The notes beneath the pieces were generated by a model. It was not told the origin of the DNA and searched no databases. It was given only the letters and a program-made list of their open reading frames with translations. From positions 416,001 to 480,000 of the forward strand of contig CAXXET010000006.1 of NCBI GenBank assembly GCA_963666115.2: a stretch of 64,000 bases of DNA, read 5' to 3'. The position numbers and the translations under genes were made by a program. Source of the DNA: Dehalococcoidia bacterium (lineage in GTDB: Bacteria > Chloroflexota > Dehalococcoidia > UBA6926). Every line of letters begins with the position of its first letter. Position 1 is the stretch's first letter. Below are positions 28,335-37,999 of this stretch, piece after piece.

Positions 28335-28937
28335 ATGAAGACGATTGGCCAAATTCTCATTATGTACTGGCTGTGCCTCCGGATGATCTGGCTGCGGATC
28401 CGGATGGTCAACCTGTACATCACGATGTACGTGAGGCTGTACCTGCTCTACATCGAGCGCGCCTTCCTGGTCACGCAGTTGTACGGCTTCAGGGCGGCCG
28501 TCGCGGTCTCGGGGCGGCGGCGCGTGCAAGGGCACAGTATGCAGCCCACTCTCCGGGAAGGCGACTTTGTCATCGCCCAGCGCCTGAAACCAAAAGCGCC
28601 GGTTAGTCGGGGCGACATCCTGATCTTCTCCACGCCGAATGAGGACAGCAGCTCATTGAAGCGGGTGTGCGGGTTGCCGGGCGAGACCGTCTCGCTGAGT
28701 CGCGAGGGCCTCATCGTCGATGGCGAGACCATACCCGAGCCGTACCTCAATCACAGGTTCAACCCCCAAGGCCCCCATGATTCCTTCTCATGGACGCTGG
28801 GGCCGGACGAGTTGATTCTGCTCGGGGACAACCGCTTCGACAGCCTGGACAGCCGCTCATACGGCCCGGTGCCGCGGTCTGCCGTGGTGAGGCGCGTTGT
28901 CATGGACCGGGAGGGAGCCATCACGCGCTTGCCCTGA
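28335..28937 (+). CDS. S26 signal-peptidase-like protease, probable Ni-SOD maturation protease (SodX-like)
   Basis: VQGHSMQPTL Ser, LKRV Lys, GDNRFDSLDSRSYGPV; divergent from sodN. Confidence 0.8.
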   Translation: MKTIGQILIMYWLCLRMIWLRIRMVNLYITMYVRLYLLYIERAFLVTQLYGFRAAVAVSGRRRVQGHSMQPTLREGDFVIAQRLKPKAPVSRGDILIFSTPNEDSSSLKRVCGLPGETVSLSREGLIVDGETIPEPYLNHRFNPQGPHDSFSWTLGPDELILLGDNRFDSLDSRSYGPVPRSAVVRRVVMDREGAITRLP

Positions 28938-29013
28938 CATGAGCGGGATTAGGCTATACGATGGGTGTGCAACGCCCGCCGCATAGACGAGGGGAAGAGG
29001 GAGAGATCACGAC

Positions 29014-29478
29014 ATGACGACGCCGGAGATTGGACAACAGCTGCCGGACCTAACCTTTACGTCCGGATTTCGAGAAACGATCAGCACGGCGGATCTGAAG
29101 GGCGAGGAGAACCTTGTCATCGCGTTCTATGCCGCCGCGTTCACAGGCGGTTGAGAGCGGGAGCTGCGGGAGTTCGAGCGTCTGCACGACGAATTCCGAA
29201 AGCTAAACACCCAGGTCTGGGGTTCAAGCGTTGATCTGATTCCGAGCCAGGCCGCGTTCGCGCAGCATTGCGGTTTGAGTTACCGCCTCGTCAGCGGCTA
29301 CCCGAACCACGAGGCGGCCAAGACGCTCGGCGCGTGGAACGACGAGCGGAGCATGATGAGCCGCGTCACCTACGTCATCGACAAGGAGGGCGTCCTGCGC
29401 CACGTCATCGATGATCCCGGCGACATGGAGCGACACGCGAACGAGGCGCTGGAGGTTATCAAGGGCCTGAGTTCCTGA
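29014..29478 (+). CDS. Peroxiredoxin (BCP/AhpE-like) selenoprotein, TGA = Sec at 29152-29154
   Basis: MTTPEIGQQLPDLTF...LVIAFYAAAFTGG-U-ERELREF...SVD...RVTYVIDKEGVLRH; the TGA sits at the peroxidatic-Cys position and homology continues in frame. Confidence 0.9.
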
Positions 29479-29487
29479 CCGTCATCC

Positions 29488-30999
29488 TCAGCCGCCGCGC
29501 TGCGGCCTCGCGCGCGGCGGCGGGTCCTTGCCCCGCAGGATGGACACGACAATCGCCGCCACCAGGGTCACAAGCATGATGGTCAGCACATCCTGGAATC
29601 CCTTTTCGACGGAGAGGCTGAGGGCCTCTCCTGCTTCAACGCCAAGTCCCAGCAATCGCGACTCCTCGTTGCTCTGTATTACCGCATAAAGGGTTCCGGC
29701 AACGGCTATGCCCGTCGCCGTGCTGATCTGCCGTACCGTCCCGAGCATGGCTGATGCAGTGCCGAGATGGGAGGGCGGCACCGAACCCATGATGGCGCTG
29801 TTGTTGCCCGGGCCGAATATCGAACTGCCCGCCCCCTCGGCCAGCAGCAGGGTAATCAGGATCGCGATGGGTGTATCGACGCCGATACTCCGGAGCCCAA
29901 AGTACGCGCCTGTCATGACGAGCAGACCGAAAGTCGAGACCGTCCGCGACGACATCTTGTCCGCTGCCCAGCCGGCAGCCGGCGCGACGACAAGCCGCAC
30001 AATGGGCAGCGTGACCAGGATTAATCCCGCTTCTGTCGCCGAGATTCCGCGCCCGGTAATCAGGAAGAACGGCAGCAGGATGATGATTGCGCCCTGGCTC
30101 AGGAATTGCAGCGCGTTTACGCTGTTTGCCATGGAGAACATGCGATTGCGGAACAGGCTCAACTCCAGGACGGGCAGGTGGTCTCTCATGACGCGGATGC
30201 CCCTCATGTGTATCTCTACTATCGGTAGCCATTGGCGGGATTCCACGAAGAGAAACACGAGGAAAGACAAGAGCGCAGCCGCGCCCAGCCCAATGATGAG
30301 CGGCTCCGTCCATCCGAGAATCGGGCCGCGATTGAGGCCCAACAGGAACGCCGAGACGAAGCCGAAGAGCGCCAGCGCGCCAAGGACATCGACACGCGCA
30401 TGCCGGCCCTCCTGCCGGTCGCTCCGCAGGAAGATCAACCCCATGACGAAAAACACTGCCATGAACGGCGCGCGGGTGTAGAACAGCGATTGCCATCCCC
30501 AAAGGTCGAGCAGAAAGCCGCCCAATGGCGCCCCGCTGGCGAGGCCGACGCCGACAAAGGCGTTCTCCATGCCGAGAGCCCGGGCGCGTTCCGTGTCCGG
30601 GAATGCGTCTACGACAAGGGCGTTTCCGTTGGCGAGGATCATCGCCTGTCCTATGCCCTGCACGACGCGGCCAAACAACAGCATCGGCAGAGTCGTGCTC
30701 AGAGGAGTGATGATCAGCCCAACCCCGAACACGAGGAACCCGGCCAGGAAGACCTGCTTGCGGCCGATGGCATCACCGAGACTGCCGAGTGTCAGCATCA
30801 GCCCGATGCTGGCAAGCAGATACGCGACGCTCACCCACAGGATGACGCTCGCATCTACACCGAACACTTTCTCAAGCTCCGGCAGCGCGATATTCGTGAT
30901 GGAGCCGTCGACCGTGCTGGTCAGAATGCCAAGCCCAACGGTCACAAGCACCAGCCACTTGTACCGAGGACCTGAGCGGATTCTTTGGCCGAGAGTCAT
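29488..30999 (-). CDS. MFS transporter, DHA2/EmrB-like (about 14 TM)
   Basis: DGSITNIALP, GSLGDAIGRKQVF, GRVVQGIG. Confidence 0.92.
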   Translation of the reverse strand: MTLGQRIRSGPRYKWLVLVTVGLGILTSTVDGSITNIALPELEKVFGVDASVILWVSVAYLLASIGLMLTLGSLGDAIGRKQVFLAGFLVFGVGLIITPLSTTLPMLLFGRVVQGIGQAMILANGNALVVDAFPDTERARALGMENAFVGVGLASGAPLGGFLLDLWGWQSLFYTRAPFMAVFFVMGLIFLRSDRQEGRHARVDVLGALALFGFVSAFLLGLNRGPILGWTEPLIIGLGAAALLSFLVFLFVESRQWLPIVEIHMRGIRVMRDHLPVLELSLFRNRMFSMANSVNALQFLSQGAIIILLPFFLITGRGISATEAGLILVTLPIVRLVVAPAAGWAADKMSSRTVSTFGLLVMTGAYFGLRSIGVDTPIAILITLLLAEGAGSSIFGPGNNSAIMGSVPPSHLGTASAMLGTVRQISTATGIAVAGTLYAVIQSNEESRLLGLGVEAGEALSLSVEKGFQDVLTIMLVTLVAAIVVSILRGKDPPPRARPQRGG

Positions 31000-31000
31000 T

Positions 31001-31744
31001 TCAAGAATCTACACCCGAACGGCGGTTCCATGCCTGGCTGAAACCCTCGGCCAAAGCGCGCGCGACATCTCCAAAATCCGGGGTGACGTCCAGCGCTCTC
31101 GCCAGTGTGCCCGCGCGGTCATTCAGATCACGGCGGAGTCGCTCTCGACGCCCCGGGTCAAGGCGCAGAAGGTCGGCCAGTCCCGAACCCGTCTCTGCAA
31201 GCGGTATTGTCCCGTGCTGGAGAACGACGCCTGCCGTGCGGCGCTGCGCGCCGGCCACCATCTTGCGTCCGGCCCAGTACACCTCGTGCCGCCCTGGTGA
31301 TTCGAAGCACCCGAAATCCACGCCTGTTTCAGGCCAGACGGGCGCGGGATCACGCACGGCGGCGCGAATGCCCAACAGTCCCAGTCCGGCAACGAGCGCC
31401 TCGTTGACTGCGGCATAACTCGCCAGGACATCATGAGAGAACGGCGGTTGATCGACGGGAGCGATCACGCTGTACGTCACGTCGCCTACGGAGTGCAGAA
31501 TGGCCTTGCCTCCGGTCGGGCGTCGCACGACCTCGATTCCCGAACGCTCACAGCTCTGAACGTCAAGCAGCGGCTCAGTCTTTTGATGCCGGCCCAACGA
31601 CACTGCGGGGCAGGGCCATGAATAGACACGAATGACCGGCGCGAACCTGCCCCGGGCCACCTGCGCGGCAAGCTCCTCATCCAGCGCCATGTTTTCCTGG
31701 CCGGTTCGTCTCGAATCCAAAACCGGCCGCCATTCGTCGCTCAT
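31001..31744 (-). CDS. Lipoate-protein ligase/octanoyltransferase family (LipM-like)
   Basis: NMALDEEL, SLGRHQ, VVRRPTGGKAILH, KMVAGAQRR, LQHGTI. Confidence 0.88.
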   Translation of the reverse strand: MSDEWRPVLDSRRTGQENMALDEELAAQVARGRFAPVIRVYSWPCPAVSLGRHQKTEPLLDVQSCERSGIEVVRRPTGGKAILHSVGDVTYSVIAPVDQPPFSHDVLASYAAVNEALVAGLGLLGIRAAVRDPAPVWPETGVDFGCFESPGRHEVYWAGRKMVAGAQRRTAGVVLQHGTIPLAETGSGLADLLRLDPGRRERLRRDLNDRAGTLARALDVTPDFGDVARALAEGFSQAWNRRSGVDS

Positions 31745-31850
31745 GTCAAACACGATACCGCCAAACAGGGGAAATCGAATGCGCCGCGCCGCCAATGCGG
31801 TGTATACTTGCCGTATCACCGTGCGCTCAGGCGCAACGTCAGGGGACTTG

Positions 31851-32993
31851 ATGCTCCAGGAGCCCGTCGAGGGAAGTCAGCAGGAATCGCAACGGCCGGA
31901 AGATAGCGAGATGGCTCGCCTGTTGGAGGCCGAGGGACAGAATATGCCCGTTCTCCGCCGCGGTGAAGCGGTGGAGGGGATTATCGTTCACGTTGATGAT
32001 GAGGGACTGCTCGTCAATATCGGCGCAAAGAGCGAAGGGGTGATTCCCTACCGTGAAATGCGAAGCCTGCCGGAAGATGAGGCGCGCGCCCTCAAGTCCG
32101 GGGATTCCATCGTCGCGACTCTCGTGCGGACCGATGACGCCGGGCAATACATGCTCTCGTATGATCGGGCACAGGCCGAGCGGGGGTGGCGCCAACTCGA
32201 AAAGGAAAAGGAATCCGACGAGCTCATTGACGGCAAGGTCATCGGCCATAACCGCGGCGGCATCCTTGTAGAGACGCATGGCGTGCAGGCATTCGTGCCG
32301 TTGTCGCAGTTGTCGCCTGAACACCGGGAACTCGCGTCCGGCGAGGGCGACGACCAGCTGCAGGCGCTCGATACGCTCGTTGGGCAGGAGTTCCAGTTTA
32401 AGGTAATCGAGGTCAATCGACGGCGGCAGCGGGCCATTCTCTCCGAGCGCGCCGCGTCCCAGGACATGCGAATCGAACAGCGGCAGGCCTTGCTTGCCGA
32501 ACTGCAAGAGGGGACGATCCGCAAGGGCAGGGTGACCGGCGTCCGCGACTTCGGCGCGTTCGTTGACCTTGGCGGCGCGGACGGCCTCATCCACGTATCC
32601 GAGCTTGCGTGGGAGCCCGTGACGCATCCGTCTGAGATTGTCCAGACGGGGCAGGAGCTTGAGGTTCACGTTCTCAAGGTTGACCATGAGACGGGCCGCA
32701 TATCCCTCAGCCTGCGCCGGACGCAGCCGGACCCGTGGCTTGCGGAGGTGGAGGCGTACCAGGAGGGCCAGATTGTCGATGCAACCGTGACCCGCCTGGC
32801 AGTATTTGGCGCTTTTGCGCGTTTGGAGCAAAGTAATATAGAGGGCCTTATCCACATCTCGGAAATGGCGGATCACCACATCAACCACCCGCGTGAGGTC
32901 ATCAAGGAGGGGGATACGCGGCGGGTGAAAGTGCTCAGGATCGAACCGGAGCGGCGCAGGTTGGGCCTCAGCTTGCGCCAGCTGGATGCATAG
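31851..32993 (+). CDS. rpsA: 30S ribosomal protein S1 (four S1 domains)
   Basis: GAKSEGVIP, NRGG, FGAFVDLGGADGLIHVSEL, EGLIHISE. Confidence 0.9.
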   Translation: MLQEPVEGSQQESQRPEDSEMARLLEAEGQNMPVLRRGEAVEGIIVHVDDEGLLVNIGAKSEGVIPYREMRSLPEDEARALKSGDSIVATLVRTDDAGQYMLSYDRAQAERGWRQLEKEKESDELIDGKVIGHNRGGILVETHGVQAFVPLSQLSPEHRELASGEGDDQLQALDTLVGQEFQFKVIEVNRRRQRAILSERAASQDMRIEQRQALLAELQEGTIRKGRVTGVRDFGAFVDLGGADGLIHVSELAWEPVTHPSEIVQTGQELEVHVLKVDHETGRISLSLRRTQPDPWLAEVEAYQEGQIVDATVTRLAVFGAFARLEQSNIEGLIHISEMADHHINHPREVIKEGDTRRVKVLRIEPERRRLGLSLRQLDA

Positions 32994-33045
32994 AATTTGG
33001 AAGGCGCGGGCGCGAATCCCATACCCAGGGTGAGCGGAGAAGATA

Positions 33046-35589
33046 ATGGCAAGCAGATTTGAAAAGTTCTCGGAGCGCGCCAGGCGGGTTCTCTCCCTGG
33101 CGCAGGAAGAGGCGGGCGAACTCAACCACAACTACATCGGCACGGAGCACGTCCTTCTTGGACTTGCGCGTGAGCCGGAGGGCGTCGGCACCCGCGTCCT
33201 CGTGTCTCTTGGTGTCGACCTCTCCAAGATCCGGTCCGCCGTTACCTTTATCATCGGGCGGGGCCAAAAGCAGCAATCGACCGACGTCGGTCTCACCCCG
33301 CGCGCCAAGAAAGTCATTGAACTCGCCGTCGACGAGGCGCGTGAGATGTCGCATCACTATATCGGCACGGAACACTTGCTCATCGGACTGCTGCGCGAGG
33401 GCGACGGCGTTGCCGCGGGAGTCCTTGAGAGTCTTGGGGTAACTCTCGACAAGGTGAGGCAGGAGACCCAGCGCATCCTGAGCCAATCCGGCGGGCAGCC
33501 GGGCAGCAGGTCCGGCACGCGCACCCCGACTCTTGATCAACTTGGCGTGGATTTGACGCAGTTGGCCCGTGAAAGGCAGCTTGACCCGGTCATTGGGCGG
33601 CAGCAGGAGATCGAGCGCGTCGTCCAGATTCTCTCGCGGCGCACCAAGAACAATCCCGTTCTCATTGGCGAGCCCGGTGTTGGCAAGACCGCCATCGTTG
33701 AAGCCCTTGCCAGGCGCATTGCCGGTGTTGACGACACGGATGCCGCAGACGTGCCGGGCAACCTCAAGGGCGCCCGCCTCGTCACGCTTGACATGGGGGC
33801 GCTCGTCGCGGGCACCAAGTACCGGGGCGAGTTTGAGGAGCGTCTCAAGAAGGTCGTCGACGAGATTCGCTCGGCCAAGAACATCATTCTTTTCATCGAC
33901 GAAATGCACACCCTCGTCGGGGCGGGCGCAGCCGAGGGCGCGGTCGACGCGTCCAACATCCTGAAGCCGTCGCTCGCCCGCGGCGAACTCCAGACAATCG
34001 GCGCGACCACGCTGGACGATTACCGCCGCTACGTTGAGCGCGACCCTGCGCTGGAGCGGCGCTTCCAGCCCGTCCGCGTTGAGGAGCCGTCATCCGACGA
34101 CACCGCCAAGATCCTGCGCGGCGTCAAGGGGCAGTATGAAGAGCACCACAGCCTTACCATCACCGATGAGGCCGTGGAGGCCGCCGCCACGCTCGCGGCC
34201 CGGTACATCGCGGATCGTTTCCTGCCGGACAAGGCCATCGACCTCATCGATGAGGCTGCAAGCCGTGTTCGCATTCGCGCCTCGTCCATGCCTCTCTCCG
34301 TCAAGGAGGCGATGAGGGCGCTTGAGCGCGTCCGCGCTGAAAAGGACAACGCTGTTGCCGCCGCCAATTTCGATTTCGCCGCCGAGATGCGCGAGCGTGA
34401 GGTCAGCCTCGCCGAGCGCATCGCCCGCCTTGAGCAGGAATGGCAGAACGAGCAGGAAAGCGCGATACCGGAGGTGACCGAGGACGACATCGCCCAGGTG
34501 GTGAGCATGTGGACGAATATCCCGGTCACGCGCCTCGCCGCCGAGGAGAGCGAGCGGCTGCTGCACATGGAAGAGGTGATGCACGGCCGCATCATCGGTC
34601 AGCATGAGGCCATCATCAATGTCTCCAAGGCCGTGCGCCGCGCGAGGGCGGGGCTGAAGGATCCGCGCCGCCCCATCGGCACATTCCTGTTCCTTGGGCC
34701 GACGGGCGTTGGCAAGACCGAGCTTGTCCGCGCGCTGTCCGAGTTCATGTTCGGCTCGGAGGACTCTCTCATTCGCCTTGACATGTCCGAGTTCATGGAG
34801 CGCCACACTGTCGCGCGACTCGTTGGCGCGCCGCCGGGGTACGTCGGCTTTGATGAGGGCGGACAGTTGACGGAAGCCGTGCGCCGCAATTCCTACTGCG
34901 TGATCCTCCTCGATGAGATCGAGAAGGCGCACCCGGAGGTCTTCAATATCCTGCTGCAGATCTTTGATGACGGCCACCTGACCGACGCCAAGGGCCGCAA
35001 GGTGGATTTCCGGAACGCCATCGTTGTCATGACGTCCAACATCGGCGCGGAGGTCATCAAAAAGAACTCCAATATCGGCTTCTCCTATGCGCGCGACGAA
35101 ACCGACGTGCGCCGGCAGAGCTATGACCGCATGAAGGACAAGGTGCTGGACGAGGTCAAGGAGTTCTTCCGGCCTGAGTTCCTCAACCGCATTGACGCGC
35201 AGGTCGTCTTCCATTCGCTTGATCGCGAGCACATCCGCCAGATCGTCGACCTGATGATGAAGGACGTGGAAAAGCAGCTGGAAACCAAGAAGATCACCAT
35301 TGAGGCCACCGACGCGCTGCGCGACCACGTTGGCGAAAAGGGCTACGACGAGACCTACGGCGCAAGGCCGCTCCGGCGCGTGATCCAGGACATGATCGAA
35401 GACAGGCTGTCCGACGACATCCTGAGCGGTCAAATCGCCGAGGGCGACACGGTTCACGTGGACTACGTGGACGAAGAGGTTGTGGTGACGGTCCTGGAGC
35501 GCGTGCAGTTGGAGCCGACCGGTACGAGCGATACTGTCGAAACAGAGGAAGCTGCCGAGACTCCTGAGACCGTCGAGGTGGCGGGCTAG
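33046..35589 (+). CDS. clpC: ATP-dependent Clp protease ATP-binding subunit ClpC
   Basis: Clp-N repeats, [19 protein letters not shown]-type linker. Confidence 0.96.
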   Translation: MASRFEKFSERARRVLSLAQEEAGELNHNYIGTEHVLLGLAREPEGVGTRVLVSLGVDLSKIRSAVTFIIGRGQKQQSTDVGLTPRAKKVIELAVDEAREMSHHYIGTEHLLIGLLREGDGVAAGVLESLGVTLDKVRQETQRILSQSGGQPGSRSGTRTPTLDQLGVDLTQLARERQLDPVIGRQQEIERVVQILSRRTKNNPVLIGEPGVGKTAIVEALARRIAGVDDTDAADVPGNLKGARLVTLDMGALVAGTKYRGEFEERLKKVVDEIRSAKNIILFIDEMHTLVGAGAAEGAVDASNILKPSLARGELQTIGATTLDDYRRYVERDPALERRFQPVRVEEPSSDDTAKILRGVKGQYEEHHSLTITDEAVEAAATLAARYIADRFLPDKAIDLIDEAASRVRIRASSMPLSVKEAMRALERVRAEKDNAVAAANFDFAAEMREREVSLAERIARLEQEWQNEQESAIPEVTEDDIAQVVSMWTNIPVTRLAAEESERLLHMEEVMHGRIIGQHEAIINVSKAVRRARAGLKDPRRPIGTFLFLGPTGVGKTELVRALSEFMFGSEDSLIRLDMSEFMERHTVARLVGAPPGYVGFDEGGQLTEAVRRNSYCVILLDEIEKAHPEVFNILLQIFDDGHLTDAKGRKVDFRNAIVVMTSNIGAEVIKKNSNIGFSYARDETDVRRQSYDRMKDKVLDEVKEFFRPEFLNRIDAQVVFHSLDREHIRQIVDLMMKDVEKQLETKKITIEATDALRDHVGEKGYDETYGARPLRRVIQDMIEDRLSDDILSGQIAEGDTVHVDYVDEEVVVTVLERVQLEPTGTSDTVETEEAAETPETVEVAG

Positions 35590-35610
35590 CTGACGGCCGG
35601 GTCTGGCACG

Positions 35611-36426
35611 ATGCCACGACCACATATCGTGGACAAGCGCGAGCAACTGCGCGCGCAGCTACGGGAAATGGGTTCGATCATCGTTTCCTTTTCGGGAGGC
35701 GTCGACTCCAGTCTTCTTCTCGCTGAGGCCGTCGATGTCCTGGGACAGGACGCTCTTGCGGTAACCGCGCTCTCCCCCACGTTCGCCGATTCGGAGGCTG
35801 AGGACGCGCGAGACATTGCCGCGTTCCTGGATGCCCGCCATGAATTCTTCTACACGGATCAACTGGACATGGAGGGCTTCGCGGCAAACGATGGCCGCCG
35901 CTGCTACTTCTGCCGCGTTGACCTGTTCTCCCAGCTTCGCACGATTGCCGAGGAGCGCGGGATTCCCTGGGTCATCGACGGCACTCTCATCGACGACCTG
36001 GGAGACGTGCGCCCCGGCCTAAAGGCAAAGGATGAGCAGGGAATCCGCAGCCCGTTCGTCGAGGTCGGCCTGACCAAGGACGAGGTGCGCCAACTTGCTC
36101 GCGAACGCGGACTGCCCAACTGGGATAAGCCTGCCGAGTCGTGCCTCGCATCTCGCATTCCGTTGGGCACGCCCGTCTCGTTCGAGCTTCTCGACAAGAT
36201 CGCCCGCGCGGAAAAATATCTCCGTGAGCAGGACTTCAAGCAGGTTCGCGTCCGCCATCACGGCGCAATTGCCAGGATCGAAGTCCCCCCGGAGGATATG
36301 GAGCGGTTGATCGCCGGGGACTTGCGCGATGACCTGACCAACCACATTCGTGAACTGGGCTATCTCTTCGTGACGCTGGACCTCGCCGGCTACAAGACCG
36401 GCAGCCTGAATACGCGCCGGGTATAG
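35611..36426 (+). CDS. larE: ATP-dependent sulfur transferase LarE
   Basis: SFSGGVDS PP-loop, RCYFC, DDLGDVRPG, SCLASRIP, RVRHHG. Confidence 0.93.
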   Translation: MPRPHIVDKREQLRAQLREMGSIIVSFSGGVDSSLLLAEAVDVLGQDALAVTALSPTFADSEAEDARDIAAFLDARHEFFYTDQLDMEGFAANDGRRCYFCRVDLFSQLRTIAEERGIPWVIDGTLIDDLGDVRPGLKAKDEQGIRSPFVEVGLTKDEVRQLARERGLPNWDKPAESCLASRIPLGTPVSFELLDKIARAEKYLREQDFKQVRVRHHGAIARIEVPPEDMERLIAGDLRDDLTNHIRELGYLFVTLDLAGYKTGSLNTRRV

Positions 36427-36437
36427 GTCAGGGCCAC

Positions 36438-37652
36438 ATGCGAATCGCGTGGCTGCAATGCGCGAACGGCGTCAGCGGCGACATGCTGCTTGGGGCGCTT
36501 GTGGACGCGGGCGCGCCGGTGGACGCGATGAACGCGGCGATCAGCAGCGTCTTTCCCGATAAAGTGGTCAAGCTCACGCCCGATGAGGCGTACCGCGCCG
36601 GAATCCGCTCAACACATATGCAGGTTTCAGGGGGCGATGATGCTGAGGGCGGCCACACACCGCTGTCCGAGCTCATTGGACGCCTTGAGAACTCCACGTT
36701 GCCGAAGGACATCACTGAACATGGCACGGCAATACTGCGCCGGATTGGCGAGGCGGAAGCGCGTGTCCACGGCGGCAGTGTTGACGATGTGGAACTCGCG
36801 GAGCTTGGGTCGGCTGACACGCTTGTTGACATTGTTGGCACGCTTGTCGGCCTGGAAGAACTTGGAATTGAGTCCCTGTACTCCACGGGCTTGCCGCTGG
36901 CGACCGGCCGCGTGACGACTCATCATGGAGTCCTGCCTGTGCCGGCGCCCGGCGTGCTGGAAATGATGCGGCTGGCGGGAGCGCCTGCGCTGCCGCCCCC
37001 ATCGGCAGGCGAGGGTCAGCCAACCGGCGAAATCGTGACGCCCACGGGCGCGGCCATCCTCACAACGCTTGCCTCATTTGACCCTCCCCCTGCAATGAGC
37101 GTGGTTCATTCCGTTGGCTACGGGGCAGGCACGAAAGACCCAAAGGGCAGGGCAAACATCGTCACCCTCATCGTTGGAGAGGCTGCCGATGAGCCCGCGC
37201 GGGTTCAGCAGATGGTCATGATCGAGACCACGATCGACGATATGAACCCCGAGATATACGACTACGTTCGCGAGCGTCTGATGGCGGCGGGCGCGCGAGA
37301 CGTGTGGCTCCAGGATGTCCAGATGAAGAAGGGCCGCCCCGGCGTGATCGTGTCCGCAATTGCGCCGGAGTCTGCGCGGGACGCAATCGTCGGAGAGCTG
37401 CTCCGTGAAACGACGACGTTAGGCGTTCGCGTCACGCCCGTCACCCGCTACGAAGCGGCCAGAGAGTCAGTCGTCGTAGACACTCCGCTGGGCCCTGCGC
37501 GTGTGAAGGTGAAACGCTTGACGCCTGATGGGGAGATAGTCGGCTTTGCGCCGGAGTATGAGGATTCCCGCCGGCTGGCTGAACAGTCGTCCGTGCCGCT
37601 CAGCCGGGTGTATGACATCGTGCGCCGGGCGGCGGAGGACTCGCTGCTCTGA
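36438..37652 (+). CDS. larC: Nickel insertase LarC (uninterrupted ORF)
   Basis: GVSGDMLLGAL, HGVLPVPAP, GEIVTPTGAAIL, IETTIDDM.PE, MKKGRPG, ETTTLGVR, PEYED. Confidence 0.93.
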   Translation: MRIAWLQCANGVSGDMLLGALVDAGAPVDAMNAAISSVFPDKVVKLTPDEAYRAGIRSTHMQVSGGDDAEGGHTPLSELIGRLENSTLPKDITEHGTAILRRIGEAEARVHGGSVDDVELAELGSADTLVDIVGTLVGLEELGIESLYSTGLPLATGRVTTHHGVLPVPAPGVLEMMRLAGAPALPPPSAGEGQPTGEIVTPTGAAILTTLASFDPPPAMSVVHSVGYGAGTKDPKGRANIVTLIVGEAADEPARVQQMVMIETTIDDMNPEIYDYVRERLMAAGARDVWLQDVQMKKGRPGVIVSAIAPESARDAIVGELLRETTTLGVRVTPVTRYEAARESVVVDTPLGPARVKVKRLTPDGEIVGFAPEYEDSRRLAEQSSVPLSRVYDIVRRAAEDSLL

Positions 37653-37666
37653 CGCCGTTCGTCCAC

Positions 37667-37695
37667 TTGACGATTGATAGCCCGCAATTCATACT
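37667..37695 (+). promoter_or_regulatory. Sigma70-type promoter of the tRNA-tuf operon
   Basis: TTGACG-17 nt-CATACT. Confidence 0.6.
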
Positions 37696-37752
37696 GAATT
37701 GGGCTAGCAACCGCTAGCTCCTTTTGTTGTGCCGATGTGGAGAAGGGCCCGG

Positions 37753-37825
37753 GCCCGAGTGGCGCAAGGGTAGCGCAGCCGATTTGTAATCGGCAGGTTA
37801 GCGGGTTCGAATCCCCTCTCGGGCT
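37753..37825 (+). tRNA. tRNA-Thr (TGT)
   Basis: GCCCGAG/CTCGGGC acceptor stem, GCCGA-TTTGTAA-TCGGC anticodon arm, TTCGAAT. Confidence 0.92.
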
Positions 37826-37901
37826 CCGGCATCACCGTATGCCGCCCGCAGGCACGACGACGCATTGAGAGAAGGAAGCAGAAATACCGCAAAGGAGAGA
37901 G

Positions 37902-37977
37902 GCCCACATAGCTCAGGCGGTAGAGCACGTTCTTGGTAAGAACGAGGTCACCAGTTCGAATCTGGTTGTGGGCTCCA
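37902..37977 (+). tRNA. tRNA-Thr (GGT), CCA encoded
   Basis: GCCCACA/TGTGGGC, CGTTC-TTGGTAA-GAACG, ACCAG-TTCGAAT-CTGGT. Confidence 0.96.
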
Positions 37978-37999
37978 GCTCGAAGGAGGACGGGAGGGA

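Noticed and set aside
34090-35646. Long antisense ORFs (e.g. 518 aa opposite clpC, 465 aa opposite tuf, 525 aa opposite leuA/leuC, 430 aa opposite rpsA)
   Set aside because: Shadow ORFs expected from high-GC codon bias opposite conserved genes; they carry no motifs
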